64,000 bases of DNA, taken from the NCBI GenBank assembly GCA_964641015.1, contig CAZXJN010000001.1:42733-106732 (forward strand), in the 5' to 3' direction. Below the pieces are notes generated by a model, which ran no database searches, was not told where the DNA came from, and saw only the letters and a program-made list of their open reading frames with translations. A program made the position numbers and the translations under genes. Shown in pieces: positions 28,369 through 38,762 of the stretch. Source of the stretch: an uncultured Candidatus Saccharibacteria bacterium. GTDB lineage: Bacteria; Patescibacteriota; Saccharimonadia; Saccharimonadales; JACDBH01. Within the stretch, counting starts at the first letter, position 1, and each line of letters starts with the position of its first letter.

Positions 28369-30867
28369 CTACTTGGTCTTGGCAGGCTTTTCAGATTTTA
28401 GACTGAACGCCAAGCCTTTTTTACCAGCACCTACGCTCACGACATCACCTTTTTGGTACTTCTCGTCTAGGAGTCCTTCTGCAATCGCATCCTCTATCTC
28501 GTCTTGAATCAGCCGCCGCATAGGTCGTACGCCGTTCTTGGCATCATAGCCCTTTTTGAGCATCCACTGTTTAGCAGCTGGGGATACATTGAGTCCGATA
28601 CCTTTTTTGACCAGGCGTGAACGCAGTTCATCGAGCTGCAAGTCCATAATCTTGAGCGCGTCTTTTCGTGTCAGCGCACGGAACACCACGGTTTTATCAA
28701 TACGGTTCAGGAGCTCCGGCCGCATCAGCTTCTTCAGCTCATCAAGCACCTTGTGCTTGTTCTCATCATGAAGCTCATCAAGGTCATCAATGTCTTTCCT
28801 GCCAACCGCTGAAAAACCAAAGTTTGCTTCCTTTTGAAGCTTATCGGCCCCTATGTTGCTGGTCATAATGACAATGGTGTTTGTAAAATCAATTGCTCTT
28901 CCTTTGGCATCGCTGATTCGACCGTCCTCAAGCAGCTGCAGCAGCATATTGAATACGTCAGGGTGCGCCTTCTCAATTTCATCAAACAGCACCACGCTGT
29001 ACGGCTGCCGACGAATCTTATCTGTCAGCTGACCACCGTCATCGTATCCGACGTAGCCAGCCGGGGCGCCAACCAGCCGTGATACGTTGTGGTGCTCACC
29101 GAATTCGCTCATGTCTATCTTGACTAGTGCGGATTCAGAACCAAAGAATTCTCTTGCCAGCACCCGCGCGAGCTCTGTCTTGCCGACGCCGGTCGGGCCA
29201 AGGAAAATGAATGAACCAATTGGCCGGCTCGTCTGACCTATACCAATACGATTCCTGCGCACTGCGCGTGCTAATGCAGACACTGCCTCGTCTTGCCCGA
29301 TGATATGCTTGCCTAGTGACGATTCGAGATTGCGCAAATATTTTGCTTCGGACCGAATCACCTTGCTTACAGGCACGCCTGTCATGCGAGCCACCACATC
29401 AGCAACATCCTCGCTGCTAAGCTTCAAGCGCTTGCTGTCTTTTGTCTTCTCTAGCAGCTTTTCAATTTTGGCACGAATTTGTGAGGCTTTTTGCTTGTAC
29501 TCAGCCGCCTTCTGGTATTCCTCTGCGTCCACGGCGTCATCAATGCGTACGTTGAGGAGTTTTAACTCCTTTTGCAACTTGCGCAGCTCCGGCGGCGTCT
29601 TGCCTTTATCTACACGTAAATGCGCTGCTGCTTCATCCAGCAGGTCAATTGCTTTGTCGGGCATGTAACGGTCATTGATGTAGCGCTTTGCCAAATTTAC
29701 GGTATCCTCCAGTACGTCGTCGCCAATTGCCACACCGTGAAATGTTTCATAATGCTTGCGTAATCCTTTGAGAATAGCAAGCGTCTCAGCTGCTGTCGTC
29801 TCTGGGACCTGGACCGGCTGGAAACGGCGCTCGAGCGCTGCATCCTTTTCGACATATTTTGTATATTCGCTGGTAGTTGTCGCGCCAATCATTTGAATTT
29901 TACCGCGTGCCAGTGCCGGCTTTAATATATTCCCTGCATCCATGGAACCCTCAGCCGCACCCGCTCCTACAATAAGGTGAAGCTCATCGATAAACACTAC
30001 GGTCTTTTTATCGTCCTCGAGTTCGGACATTACTTTTTTCAGGCGCTCTTCAAACTCACCGCGATACTTTGTTCCGGCAATCATTCCAGCAAGATCCAGC
30101 ATCACAATACGCTTATCGAGCAAGCTGTCAGGCACGTCCTCGCTCACAATCCGCTGCGCCAGACCTTCGACAATGGCTGTCTTACCCACGCCAGGCTCAC
30201 CGATAAGCACCGGGTTGTTCTTGGTGCGGCGGTTTAGGATGGTAATTACGCGACGGATTTGCGCCTCACGCCCTACTACCGGATCAAGCTTGCCGCTCCG
30301 CGCCTGCGCGGTGATATCAGACCCGTACTGGTCTAGTGTTGACTTGCCACGGGTACGCTTGCCGCGGCGACGAGTCGCATTATCAGTATCGCTGGCGTGT
30401 TCGTAGTGCTGACGATTAAGGAACTGCTCCAGCTCGGCTACCAGCTGGTCAGTGTTTACGCTCATGTCGCGAAGCAAGGTGGTAGCTCGTGCGTTTTTCT
30501 GACTAAGAATACTGTAGAGGATATGTTCTGTACCGCAATACTCCTGATGGAACTCCTGAGCAAGCTCATACGCCATCCGAAGGGTTAGTTTCGCGGTCTC
30601 ACTAAGCGCTTTGGTGCCCATATTAATTACAATACTGTTAGGTGTAAGATTAAGCGCAAGACGTGCGCGCTCTAAGGTAACACCAGAGCCTTCAAGCACC
30701 TTGGCGCCCATTGAGCTGTCCTGAGCCAGCACTCCTAGCAGCAGGTGCTCCGTGCCGATATATTGGCTATTAAAGCTTCGGGCAATCGCATCGGCATGTT
30801 TGAGGCTCTGCAGCGCATTATCAGTGAGGTGATTCAAAAATTCTTGAAAGTCTGGTGAATTTTGCAT
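28369..30867 (-). CDS. clpC: ATP-dependent Clp protease ATPase subunit ClpC
   Basis: Clp-N repeats (GTEHLLL), two AAA domains ([16 protein letters not shown]), short UVR-type middle domain. Confidence 0.93.
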   Translation of the reverse strand: MQNSPDFQEFLNHLTDNALQSLKHADAIARSFNSQYIGTEHLLLGVLAQDSSMGAKVLEGSGVTLERARLALNLTPNSIVINMGTKALSETAKLTLRMAYELAQEFHQEYCGTEHILYSILSQKNARATTLLRDMSVNTDQLVAELEQFLNRQHYEHASDTDNATRRRGKRTRGKSTLDQYGSDITAQARSGKLDPVVGREAQIRRVITILNRRTKNNPVLIGEPGVGKTAIVEGLAQRIVSEDVPDSLLDKRIVMLDLAGMIAGTKYRGEFEERLKKVMSELEDDKKTVVFIDELHLIVGAGAAEGSMDAGNILKPALARGKIQMIGATTTSEYTKYVEKDAALERRFQPVQVPETTAAETLAILKGLRKHYETFHGVAIGDDVLEDTVNLAKRYINDRYMPDKAIDLLDEAAAHLRVDKGKTPPELRKLQKELKLLNVRIDDAVDAEEYQKAAEYKQKASQIRAKIEKLLEKTKDSKRLKLSSEDVADVVARMTGVPVSKVIRSEAKYLRNLESSLGKHIIGQDEAVSALARAVRRNRIGIGQTSRPIGSFIFLGPTGVGKTELARVLAREFFGSESALVKIDMSEFGEHHNVSRLVGAPAGYVGYDDGGQLTDKIRRQPYSVVLFDEIEKAHPDVFNMLLQLLEDGRISDAKGRAIDFTNTIVIMTSNIGADKLQKEANFGFSAVGRKDIDDLDELHDENKHKVLDELKKLMRPELLNRIDKTVVFRALTRKDALKIMDLQLDELRSRLVKKGIGLNVSPAAKQWMLKKGYDAKNGVRPMRRLIQDEIEDAIAEGLLDEKYQKGDVVSVGAGKKGLAFSLKSEKPAKTK

Positions 30868-30889
30868 AGTACCTACATCATACCACAAG

Positions 30890-30916
30890 TTAGCACTCGC
30901 ATGTCAAGAGTGCTAA
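30890..30916. promoter_or_regulatory. CIRCE element (HrcA operator) upstream of clpC
   Basis: Exact TTAGCACTC-N9-GAGTGCTAA; minus-strand TTGACA within the spacer and TGgTATGAT -10 downstream. Confidence 0.92.
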
Positions 30917-31057
30917 CTGTCCAGAAGCGCGTACCAGCAAGAAAAAACAGGTGTCAAAAGCCCGAACATCCGAACTATAGTTATAAACCCTGGATTACCA
31001 GAGGCAACAGCTTTTATTGTAATTTTTACATTGGTTGCTGCAAAAACCTGTACAGGC

Positions 31058-31369
31058 TTATCGGCGCCAGCCATTATGAACCGGCTGGAATATTCTTGCC
31101 CTGCGGCTGCTCCCTCGTAGATGAGAAGAGCTATATGCCAGAGCACTGCCACCAATAGCCACCGCTATGACGGATGAAGGGTTGAACTTCTGCACGGTTT
31201 CATCTGCATGGCAATCAGATTCGTAAAAAACAGTCGAAGCACAGTCTATGCTTTCAGCCTGAAACCTGCTAATGCTCTCTGCTGCATCCAGTCGTGCGGC
31301 AAACCCTATTGCAGCAGCGGCGGCGGCGAGCCCGAAAATAACTCTTTCCGGATGGCCGCGCTCTCTCAA
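31058..31369 (-). CDS. Possible small membrane protein downstream of nusA
   Basis: TTG just after the nusA stop; two hydrophobic stretches; no homology recognised. Confidence 0.3.
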   Translation of the reverse strand: MRERGHPERVIFGLAAAAAAIGFAARLDAAESISRFQAESIDCASTVFYESDCHADETVQKFNPSSVIAVAIGGSALAYSSSHLRGSSRRARIFQPVHNGWRR

Positions 31370-31373
31370 CTCG

Positions 31374-32531
31374 CTACTCCCCGTGCTCTTCGATAGCTTC
31401 GAGCAGGCTGCTCTCAAGCTGATCTTTACGTTTGAGCTTCTGCACGGGTTTAACCGCCTCTACGGTCGTACCACCTTCAGCGGACTCAGCCGGCTTGTCT
31501 GCCACAATATCTATATCGTACCCTGTCAGCTTGCTTGCCAGACGGACGTTTTGTCCGCTCTTGCCAATCGCAATGCTCAGCTGATCTTCGTCGACAGCCA
31601 CACGAGCCTTTTTGGCCGCTTCATCGATTTCAACAGAATTTACCTTGGTAGGACTGAGCGCATTGTTGATATAGGTCTTGGCATCTTCGTCCCAGACGAC
31701 TATGTCAATCTTTTCCTGCTCGCCTACTTCGCTCATGACTGCGTTGACGCGTGTGCCGTGACCGCCGACAAACGTGCCGACAGGATCAACGCCCTGCACG
31801 GTGCTGGCTACTGCAATCTTGCTGCGCACGCCTGGTTCGCGAGCGATGCCCTGTATACTGACCGCACCGCTTTCCATTTCTGGCACCTCTGCACGAAACA
31901 GCCACTCGATAAATTCCGGGCAGCCGCGTGATACGACAAGCTGCGGGCCGCGGAATCCGCGTTCAATATCCTTGAGATACACCTTGAGGCGTTGGCCAGG
32001 ATAGTAGCGCTCACCTTGGATTTGCTCACTTCGCGGCATAATCGCCTGTGCCTTACCCAGCTCCATTCGGGTAATATTCCCCTCGACCCGAGACACAATA
32101 CCGTTCACCACTGTGCCGATTTTGTCTTCGAACTCTGCCATAACGATTTCGCGCTCGGCTTCACGCAAGCGCTGCAAAATAACCTGCTTTGCAGTTTGAG
32201 CGGCCACCCGGCCAAATGACTCAACTTTTTGATGAATCTCAACCACATCATCAAGGGCGGCGTTCTTTTTTATGGCCTGTGCTTCGCTAAGACTAATCTC
32301 AGTGTGCTCGTCTTCAACTTTTTCTACCACCACCTTTGAGATATACGCGTCAACATCACCGCTGTTTAGGTCCATGGTCACACGTACTTCCTGCTCGCGA
32401 TCACCATAATCACGACGATAAGCAGCGGCAAGCGCCTGCTCTACTACATCTTTTACGATTTCCTCGCTCAGATTCTTTTCCTCGGCGATTGCCTGGATAG
32501 CCGTTGCGAGTTGTTTAAAATCAAGTTCCAT
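31374..32531 (-). CDS. nusA: Transcription termination/antitermination factor NusA
   Basis: FGRVAAQTAKQVI, AREPGVRSKIAV and AIGKSGQNVRLAS motifs; SD AGGAG before MELDF. Confidence 0.96.
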   Translation of the reverse strand: MELDFKQLATAIQAIAEEKNLSEEIVKDVVEQALAAAYRRDYGDREQEVRVTMDLNSGDVDAYISKVVVEKVEDEHTEISLSEAQAIKKNAALDDVVEIHQKVESFGRVAAQTAKQVILQRLREAEREIVMAEFEDKIGTVVNGIVSRVEGNITRMELGKAQAIMPRSEQIQGERYYPGQRLKVYLKDIERGFRGPQLVVSRGCPEFIEWLFRAEVPEMESGAVSIQGIAREPGVRSKIAVASTVQGVDPVGTFVGGHGTRVNAVMSEVGEQEKIDIVVWDEDAKTYINNALSPTKVNSVEIDEAAKKARVAVDEDQLSIAIGKSGQNVRLASKLTGYDIDIVADKPAESAEGGTTVEAVKPVQKLKRKDQLESSLLEAIEEHGE

Positions 32532-32614
32532 TATATTTTCTACTCCTGAATTTATTGTTTTCAAATTTCCTTTTTTCATAAGTTACTTTAGGTCAGTACA
32601 ACCACAGTGGTATG

Positions 32615-32639
32615 AAAAAACCCGACCAATCTGGCCGGG
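32615..32639 (-). terminator. Terminator/attenuator in the nusA 5' leader
   Basis: CCCGGCCA-GAT-TGGTCGGG-T6 located between the promoter (TTTACT-17-TATACT, 32680-32652) and nusA. Confidence 0.75.
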
Positions 32640-32681
32640 CGAACTGGTGATAGTATACGGGAATCTGCTAAAAAAGTAAAC

Positions 32682-32718
32682 AAAAAAACCGGCGCCCATC
32701 CGAAATGCCGGTTTTTTC
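32682..32718. terminator. Bidirectional intrinsic terminator
   Basis: A7-CCGGC...GCCGG-T6. Confidence 0.75.
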
Positions 32719-32853
32719 TGATGTCGTACGACTAGCGTACAAGCTGCCGCGACTCGCGGTCTCTTTGCCATCCGAACATGTTTTAATCCTTTTTTGTTTT
32801 TGGTTCGTGCTCCTAGTTTAGCACAAGTAACATAGGCTGGTACAATACTTTAT

Positions 32854-35394
32854 ATGAAAAGAAGTGTGACCAGACTGTATGAACAGTTCATTCCAAAAAA
32901 TTATCAACTCAATATAAGTATCGACCCAGACAAGAATACCTTTGCCGGTACGGTCATCATTAAGGGTAAAAAGGTAGGCCGCCCATCGCGGCGCATTACC
33001 TTTCATCAAAAGGATCTGCGTATTACAAGCGCCACGCTAACTCGCCATGAAAAGGGCGCTGATACATCTATTGAGATAAGCCGCATCAATAATCAGAAAT
33101 CTTTTGATGAAGTCCGGCTGCATACAAACCACACTATCTTTCCCGGCGCCTACACGGTAGAGCTTGCGTTCAGCGGCAAAATTACCGATCCAATGAACGG
33201 TCTCTACCCGTGCTATTTCACGCATGACGGCCAGGACAAAAAGCTTTTTGCCACCCAGTTCGAAAGCCATCATGCCCGAGAGGTATTCCCCTGCATCGAC
33301 GAGCCGGAAGCCAAGGCGACATTCGATCTTGCGCTTGTTACGCCTAATGACAAAGGCACCGTGCTTGCCAACACCCCCGTACTTGAGCAGGAGATAAAGG
33401 ATAACCAGCGAATAACAAAGTTTGAAACGACGCCGATAATGTCCACCTATCTGCTGGCATTCGTTTACGGCGAAATAGGATACAAGGAAAGCAAGACCAA
33501 ACGAGGCACACTGGTGCGCACCTATGCGACACCTGACAATGTGCGATTCACTGATTTTGCGCTGGATACGGCTGTTAGGACGCTGGAATTTTATGAAGAT
33601 TACTTCGATATTCCTTACCCGCTGGAGAAATGCGACATGATCGCCCTGCCGGATTTTGCCAGCGGCGCTATGGAGAATTGGGGACTCATCACCTACCGCG
33701 AGCAGACCATGCTGGTTGACCCAGCTAACACCAGCCTGACCACCAAGCAGTACGTAGCAATGGTAATCGGCCATGAGCTGGCCCACCAGTGGTTCGGCAA
33801 TCTGGTCACTATGAAGTGGTGGACGGACCTTTGGCTCAACGAAGGTTTTGCCTCCTGGATTGAATACCTGGCCGTCGATCACCTCTATCCTGACTGGGAT
33901 ATGTGGACGCAATTTGTCACCAGCGAGCAGCAGTCTGCGCTGAAGCTTGATTCACTGGACAATACCCATCCCATCGAAGCACCGATCAATCATCCTGACG
34001 AAATCCGCAGCATCTTTGACGCAATCAGCTACAACAAAGGCGCCAGCGTCATCCATATGCTTTACGGCTATCTTGGACCTCGGGATTTCCAAAAAGGACT
34101 GCGCGACTACCTGAAAAAACATGCTTATAAGAACACCTCCACCAGCGATTTGTGGGCGGCGCTGGAAAAGGCGTCTGGCAAGCCTGTCAAAGATTTCATG
34201 CATGCATGGACATCACTGCCAGGCTTCCCGCTGCTTGCTGTCTCTAGCGACAAAGGCAAAATCAAGCTTGCCCAAGGCAGGTTCTATATGGTTGAACCCG
34301 CCAACACCACCCGGACCAACTGGCCGATTCCAGTGCTCGGACCAAAAGCTGCGCCAGACACTCTGGACACAGCCACCGGCGAATATACTTCTAGAGCCTT
34401 CTCTAAGCTCAATCAAGGCCAGACCGGCTTTTATCGCACGCTTTACTCATCAGAGATACTTGAAAATCTTGCAGAACAAATCCCTGACATGGACCCGCTC
34501 GATAGATTAGGCATCCTCTCCGACGTTTTCGAGACAGCCAAGGCCGGCTATGGCTCAGGGGTAGAGGCATTGAAGCTGCTGGAAAAATACCAAGACGAGG
34601 ACAACGCCGCAGTCTGGGACATTATCGCTGCCAATCTCGGTGAGATCAGGCGAGTCATGGATGACGAACAGCTGCGCGAAGCAATCAAGCCGCTTATAGT
34701 CAGGCTGACTGCCAAGCAGGTCAAGCGTCTCGGCTTCAAGGAAAAGAAAACCGACACTCATTTTGACAAGCTGCTTCGCCCGACAGTCTTGGGCCTGGCC
34801 GCCAGCGCAGATGACAAGGATGTAGTCAAATGGTGCTTAGACAGCTTCAGCAAGATTAAATCTACCAGCGAAATCAACGCCGACCTGCGCAGCGTTGTAT
34901 TCAGCACATCAGCAAGGCTTGGCGACAAGACAACTTTTGCTAAACTGCTTCGGTTTCACAACCAAACCGACCTAAGCGAAGAGCGTACTACGCTGGCGGC
35001 GGCACTGACCAGCTTCAAGCAACCTGAGTTGATCGCTCAGTCACTCGGGCTCGTGACCAGTGCCGACGTACGGCGGCAAGACGCAATGTACTGGATTGCA
35101 TACAGCTTCATGAACCGCCATGCCAAAAAGGACACTTGGCAGTGGATGAAAGACAACTGGAAGTGGCTGGACCGCGAACTAGGTAGCGATCTGAGCTTTT
35201 ACCGCACTCCGATATACGCCGCCCGCAGTTTCAGCAGCAAAGATTTCATCAAGGAATACGACGAATTCTTTAATCCTAAGAGTTCGCCGGCGCTTGACCG
35301 CAGCATCAAACAGGGCCGCGAGATGCTTACTTGGCAGACCGCCTGGAAAGAGCGCGATCTTGACGATATCCAGTCATATTTGAAACAACAGTAA
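32854..35394 (+). CDS. pepN: M1 family aminopeptidase N
   Basis: GAMENWG, HELAHQWFG...NEGFA and YNKG motifs; ERAP1-like C-terminal domain. Confidence 0.95.
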   Translation: MKRSVTRLYEQFIPKNYQLNISIDPDKNTFAGTVIIKGKKVGRPSRRITFHQKDLRITSATLTRHEKGADTSIEISRINNQKSFDEVRLHTNHTIFPGAYTVELAFSGKITDPMNGLYPCYFTHDGQDKKLFATQFESHHAREVFPCIDEPEAKATFDLALVTPNDKGTVLANTPVLEQEIKDNQRITKFETTPIMSTYLLAFVYGEIGYKESKTKRGTLVRTYATPDNVRFTDFALDTAVRTLEFYEDYFDIPYPLEKCDMIALPDFASGAMENWGLITYREQTMLVDPANTSLTTKQYVAMVIGHELAHQWFGNLVTMKWWTDLWLNEGFASWIEYLAVDHLYPDWDMWTQFVTSEQQSALKLDSLDNTHPIEAPINHPDEIRSIFDAISYNKGASVIHMLYGYLGPRDFQKGLRDYLKKHAYKNTSTSDLWAALEKASGKPVKDFMHAWTSLPGFPLLAVSSDKGKIKLAQGRFYMVEPANTTRTNWPIPVLGPKAAPDTLDTATGEYTSRAFSKLNQGQTGFYRTLYSSEILENLAEQIPDMDPLDRLGILSDVFETAKAGYGSGVEALKLLEKYQDEDNAAVWDIIAANLGEIRRVMDDEQLREAIKPLIVRLTAKQVKRLGFKEKKTDTHFDKLLRPTVLGLAASADDKDVVKWCLDSFSKIKSTSEINADLRSVVFSTSARLGDKTTFAKLLRFHNQTDLSEERTTLAAALTSFKQPELIAQSLGLVTSADVRRQDAMYWIAYSFMNRHAKKDTWQWMKDNWKWLDRELGSDLSFYRTPIYAARSFSSKDFIKEYDEFFNPKSSPALDRSIKQGREMLTWQTAWKERDLDDIQSYLKQQ

Positions 35395-35400
35395 TACTAC

Positions 35401-35442
35401 TTGACATCCACTGACAAGTGTGATATAATTAGAAGATAGGGT
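35401..35442 (+). promoter_or_regulatory. Orphan consensus promoter, ATAGGGT family
   Basis: TTGACA-17-TATAAT-6-ATAGGGT, convergent on yraN. Confidence 0.75.
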
Positions 35443-35467
35443 AGTTTTTCCCTGTCTGCGAAAAGAA

Positions 35468-35800
35468 CTACATCTCTTCTACGAAAATAAAATCTCCGGC
35501 ATCTACTCCGATAGCCGCCAGCTGGTATTCGCCTGTCCAAGCATTGTCTTTGACCCACATTTCGGCCGCAAAGCCCATTTGCTTCAACTTCTTGCTCGTC
35601 ACGTACTCCAGCCCCGACCCCTGCATCAGGCTGCGGCGTGACTTTACTTCCACAAAATATATGCGCTTGCTTTTACTGGCAATGATGTCGATTTCGCACC
35701 AGCGGGTTTTCCAGTTGATATCAACAATCTCAAAACCGAGTGACTTTAAATATTCTGCGGCCTGCTGCTCCGCATCATGCCCAGACGCATAGTTGCTCAC
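35468..35800 (-). CDS. yraN: YraN family (UPF0102) nuclease-like protein
   Basis: G..AE..AAEYL, EIDIIA and FVEVKSR motifs. Confidence 0.9.
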   Translation of the reverse strand: MSNYASGHDAEQQAAEYLKSLGFEIVDINWKTRWCEIDIIASKSKRIYFVEVKSRRSLMQGSGLEYVTSKKLKQMGFAAEMWVKDNAWTGEYQLAAIGVDAGDFIFVEEM

Positions 35801-36360
35801 AGGAGCTCCTTGATTGGCTTGAAGCTGCGGCGATGCAGGTCGCTCACACCATGCTTTTTTAACAGCTCGCTGTGAAGCCTGGTGCCGTAGCCAACGTGCC
35901 GGTCAAACTCATACACTCCGTAGCGCTCTGGAAGTTCAGACATGTATGCATCGCGGATCACTTTGGCATAAATACTGGCCGCACTCACTATCGGGAACAA
36001 GCTGTCTGCCTTGATTACAGCGCTCGCTCTGATGAATTTGTCATCACAGTAATTAATGTGGCCGTCAAAAATAATCGTTTCACTGTAGTCCGCCTTTAGA
36101 TTTTCCAGTGCTCGCTCGGTGCCGAGCCGCATCGCCTCGGACAGGCCGAAATGATCTATTTCAGCCGGCATCACCCAGCCTTCGCCGATATCGCAGGCTT
36201 TTTCTATCAACTCTTTCAGCTGACTGCGTACCAGCCGGCTGACCTTTTTAGAATCCCGCAGTCCATCGGGCAGCTTGAAACGGTTGCGGGCAGCCACAAC
36301 CAGCAGCGGACCCGCCCAGCAGCCCCGGCCGACCTCATCAATACCTATCACCTGCTTCAT
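35797..36360 (-). CDS. rnhB: Ribonuclease HII
   Basis: GIDEVGRG, DSKK, AASIYAKV.RD, GYGT and HRRSF motifs. Confidence 0.95.
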   Translation of the reverse strand: MKQVIGIDEVGRGCWAGPLLVVAARNRFKLPDGLRDSKKVSRLVRSQLKELIEKACDIGEGWVMPAEIDHFGLSEAMRLGTERALENLKADYSETIIFDGHINYCDDKFIRASAVIKADSLFPIVSAASIYAKVIRDAYMSELPERYGVYEFDRHVGYGTRLHSELLKKHGVSDLHRRSFKPIKELL

Positions 36361-36390
36361 ACTAAGAAATTATAGATTAATTGCCCGCAT

Positions 36391-36427
36391 AAAAGAAAAA
36401 CGGCCCGGTTTTGCAAGGGGCCGTTTT
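36391..36427 (-). terminator. Terminator after rplS
   Basis: AAAACGGCCC...GGGCCGTTTT stem plus T-rich tail on the minus strand. Confidence 0.7.
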
Positions 36428-36448
36428 ATTATATTCAGTGGCTATTTT

Positions 36449-36967
36449 TTAGGCGTCGTGCGCTTTTACCGCTTCTTCGAATTTTTTCTCTGTCTCGGCT
36501 TCTTCTTTGGCCTTAGCCTCTTCAGCTGCCTTGTGTTCAGCTTCGGCTTGAGCCTTTAGCTCGGCTTCGGCGGCTGCGATAGCTGGGTCTTCTTCGATAG
36601 TGTTAACTGAGTCCTTGTCAAAAGCCAAGCCAGTAAGACGGGCGGACTTACCGCGGCGATCGCGCATGTAGCTTAGGTAGTTGCGGCGAACTTTAGATCG
36701 CTTCGTTACTTCGATTTTAATCACAAGCGGCGAATGCAGTAGGTATGTTTTTTCTACACCGATACCACTGGCAATGCGACGCACTGTAATACTGCTGGTA
36801 TGAGAGCCTTTGCGGTCCGTACGAATAACGAGGCCTTCAAAAATCTGAATACGCTCTTTATTACCTTCTTTGATTTTCTGATGCACGCGAACAGTATCGC
36901 CGGAACGAACGTCAACGACCTGGTGCTTAGCCTGTGCGGCTTTAAGGGATTTGATTGCTGCTTCCAT
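36449..36967 (-). CDS. rplS: 50S ribosomal protein L19 with Ala/Glu-rich C-terminal extension
   Basis: GDTVRVHQKIKEGNKERIQIFEG, GVEK and KVRR motifs. Confidence 0.96.
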   Translation of the reverse strand: MEAAIKSLKAAQAKHQVVDVRSGDTVRVHQKIKEGNKERIQIFEGLVIRTDRKGSHTSSITVRRIASGIGVEKTYLLHSPLVIKIEVTKRSKVRRNYLSYMRDRRGKSARLTGLAFDKDSVNTIEEDPAIAAAEAELKAQAEAEHKAAEEAKAKEEAETEKKFEEAVKAHDA

Positions 36968-37061
36968 AACTCGGGTAAGTATACGCTATTTTACCTCTTT
37001 AGGCAAGGGGTTTCGTAAAATACAATTACGTTTATTGGTGAAACAGCCTACAATAGAACCC

Positions 37062-38210
37062 ATGGATATTTACGAACTTGCATTACAACTTCACAAAGAA
37101 CATAAGGGCAAAATCACTACCTCCCTACGCGACAGCGTTGATTCAAAAGAAAAACTCTCTGCCTACTACAGCCCTGGCGTAGGTGGTGTTGCCAAGCACG
37201 TTGCCGAACATCCTACTGAGCTTCGTGACTATACCTGGACTAACAATCTTGTAGCCGTGGTTTCTGACGGATCAGCGGTACTTGGCCTCGGTGACATTGG
37301 CCCATACGGTGCTATGCCTGTAATGGAAGGTAAGGCCATGTTGTTCAAACACTTTGCTGGCATTGATGCAGTACCCATAGTGCTTGATGTGCATGAACCT
37401 GAGGAAATTATTGCAGCAATCAAAGCAATCGCCCCGTCGTTTGGCGGTATCAACCTGGAAGATATTGCCGCACCCAAATGCTTTGAAATCGAGGAGCGCC
37501 TGAAAGCCGAGCTGAATATTCCAGTCATGCACGACGACCAGCACGGCACTGCTATCGTAACTCTTGCCGGGCTGATAAACGCTACCAAGGTTACCGGCCG
37601 CGATCTCGACAAGGCTCGCATCGTGGTAGTCGGGGCTGGCGCTGCTGGCACGGCAATTATCAAATTGCTCAATCTCTATACCAGCGCCGAGATCCTGGCT
37701 GTTGACAGCAAAGGCATCATCAGCAAGGACCGCACTGATCTCAATGACGAAAAGCGCTCGCTGCTGGTGTTTACTAATCCTAATCACATCAATGGTAGCC
37801 TGGAGCATGCGCTGATGGGTGCCGATATATTTATCGGGGTGTCAAAAGCCGGGCTGCTCAATGAGCACCTGGTGCGCAGCATGGCTGATAATCCGATTAT
37901 CTTTGCCATGGCTAATCCCGAGCCGGAAATTATGCCGGATATTGCTATCGCTGCAGGCGCTGCCGTAGTTGCTACCGGCCGCAGTGATTTTCCTAATCAG
38001 GTCAACAACTCGCTTGGCTTCCCGGGCATATTCCGCGGAGCGCTGGATAATGGAGTCACAAAGATTACCGACGGTCATAAGCTTGCCGCCGCCAAAGCGC
38101 TAGCGAACCTCGTGCCAGAACCAACGGCCGACCGCATTATTCCCGGCCCGTTCGACCCCGGCGTAGTAGAGGCCGTGGCGGCTGCCATCCAGCCTGAAAA
38201 TACTCCCTAA
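37062..38210 (+). CDS. NAD(P)-dependent malic enzyme
   Basis: SDGSAVLGLGDIG, VMEGK, NLEDI, HDDQHGTA and GAGAAG motifs; ATG 7 nt after TACAAT. Confidence 0.95.
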   Translation: MDIYELALQLHKEHKGKITTSLRDSVDSKEKLSAYYSPGVGGVAKHVAEHPTELRDYTWTNNLVAVVSDGSAVLGLGDIGPYGAMPVMEGKAMLFKHFAGIDAVPIVLDVHEPEEIIAAIKAIAPSFGGINLEDIAAPKCFEIEERLKAELNIPVMHDDQHGTAIVTLAGLINATKVTGRDLDKARIVVVGAGAAGTAIIKLLNLYTSAEILAVDSKGIISKDRTDLNDEKRSLLVFTNPNHINGSLEHALMGADIFIGVSKAGLLNEHLVRSMADNPIIFAMANPEPEIMPDIAIAAGAAVVATGRSDFPNQVNNSLGFPGIFRGALDNGVTKITDGHKLAAAKALANLVPEPTADRIIPGPFDPGVVEAVAAAIQPENTP

Positions 38211-38237
38211 GTAATCGCAGCATAACAGAGACAGTAC

Positions 38238-38280
38238 TTGACAATCTTTATATTACTATGATATAATGGTAGTATAGGGT
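38238..38280 (+). promoter_or_regulatory. Consensus promoter, ATAGGGT family, upstream of the small-ORF island
   Basis: TTGACA-18-TATAAT-6-ATAGGGT. Confidence 0.75.
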
Positions 38281-38430
38281 CACTGTATACTTTTTTCTAA
38301 AAGCACAAAGAGCGCTCCGCTCCGGTGATGCTAGCCCTTTGACAGAGCAGTTTGAATAAGTTTCTATCATCTTTGTCCGTAAGGAGTCTTGCCGATGCCC
38401 GCAAAGGCGAGCAGTAAACGGCTGTCAGAT

Positions 38431-38583
38431 ATGTGGCCGATCGCGATTTTTGGACTGATAGGCCTAGCCTACGTCCGAGCAATCTATAGGTATCCGAAGT
38501 ACCATTGGTTTTTGGTACCGCTACTTGGCATAGTGATTGGTTTGTTTGCAATATTCATATACTACTCCCTGAGGAGGGAATAG
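38431..38583 (+). CDS. Small membrane protein (50 aa, two hydrophobic helices)
   Basis: MWPIAIFGLIGLAYVRAIYRYPKYHWFLVPLLGIVIGLFAIFIYYSLRRE; coupled to the next ORF. Confidence 0.55.
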   Translation: MWPIAIFGLIGLAYVRAIYRYPKYHWFLVPLLGIVIGLFAIFIYYSLRRE

Positions 38584-38585
38584 CA

Positions 38586-38762
38586 ATGTTTAACGCCGTC
38601 AAAACGTTGATTAACCGGTGGTATCCAGTTGTCTCATTTGTGTGTACCGAGTGCAACAAAGAGTGGCAACAGAAGGTGATGCACCTTCTGATAGACGAAG
38701 TCCCATGCGTGCACTGTGGATCAGCGTATGTCCTGCACAACATCGCCGCGAGGCAACAGTAA
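38586..38762 (+). CDS. Small zinc-ribbon protein (58 aa)
   Basis: SD GAGGAGGG; CTEC...CVHCG pairs typical of zinc ribbons. Confidence 0.65.
   Translation: MFNAVKTLINRWYPVVSFVCTECNKEWQQKVMHLLIDEVPCVHCGSAYVLHNIAARQQ

Noticed and set aside
30913-31155. 80-aa ORF ending in LDS*, like the ORF upstream of clpP
   Set aside because: The shared ending is forced by the CIRCE flank sequence; there is no other coding evidence.
33037-33912. 291-aa antisense ORF and many other shadow ORFs opposite core genes
   Set aside because: They lie antisense to well-supported genes and are a codon-bias artefact with no recognisable motifs.
36951-37061. Longer start for the malic enzyme
   Set aside because: It overlaps rplS and the divergent promoters; ATG 37062 follows a -10 element.
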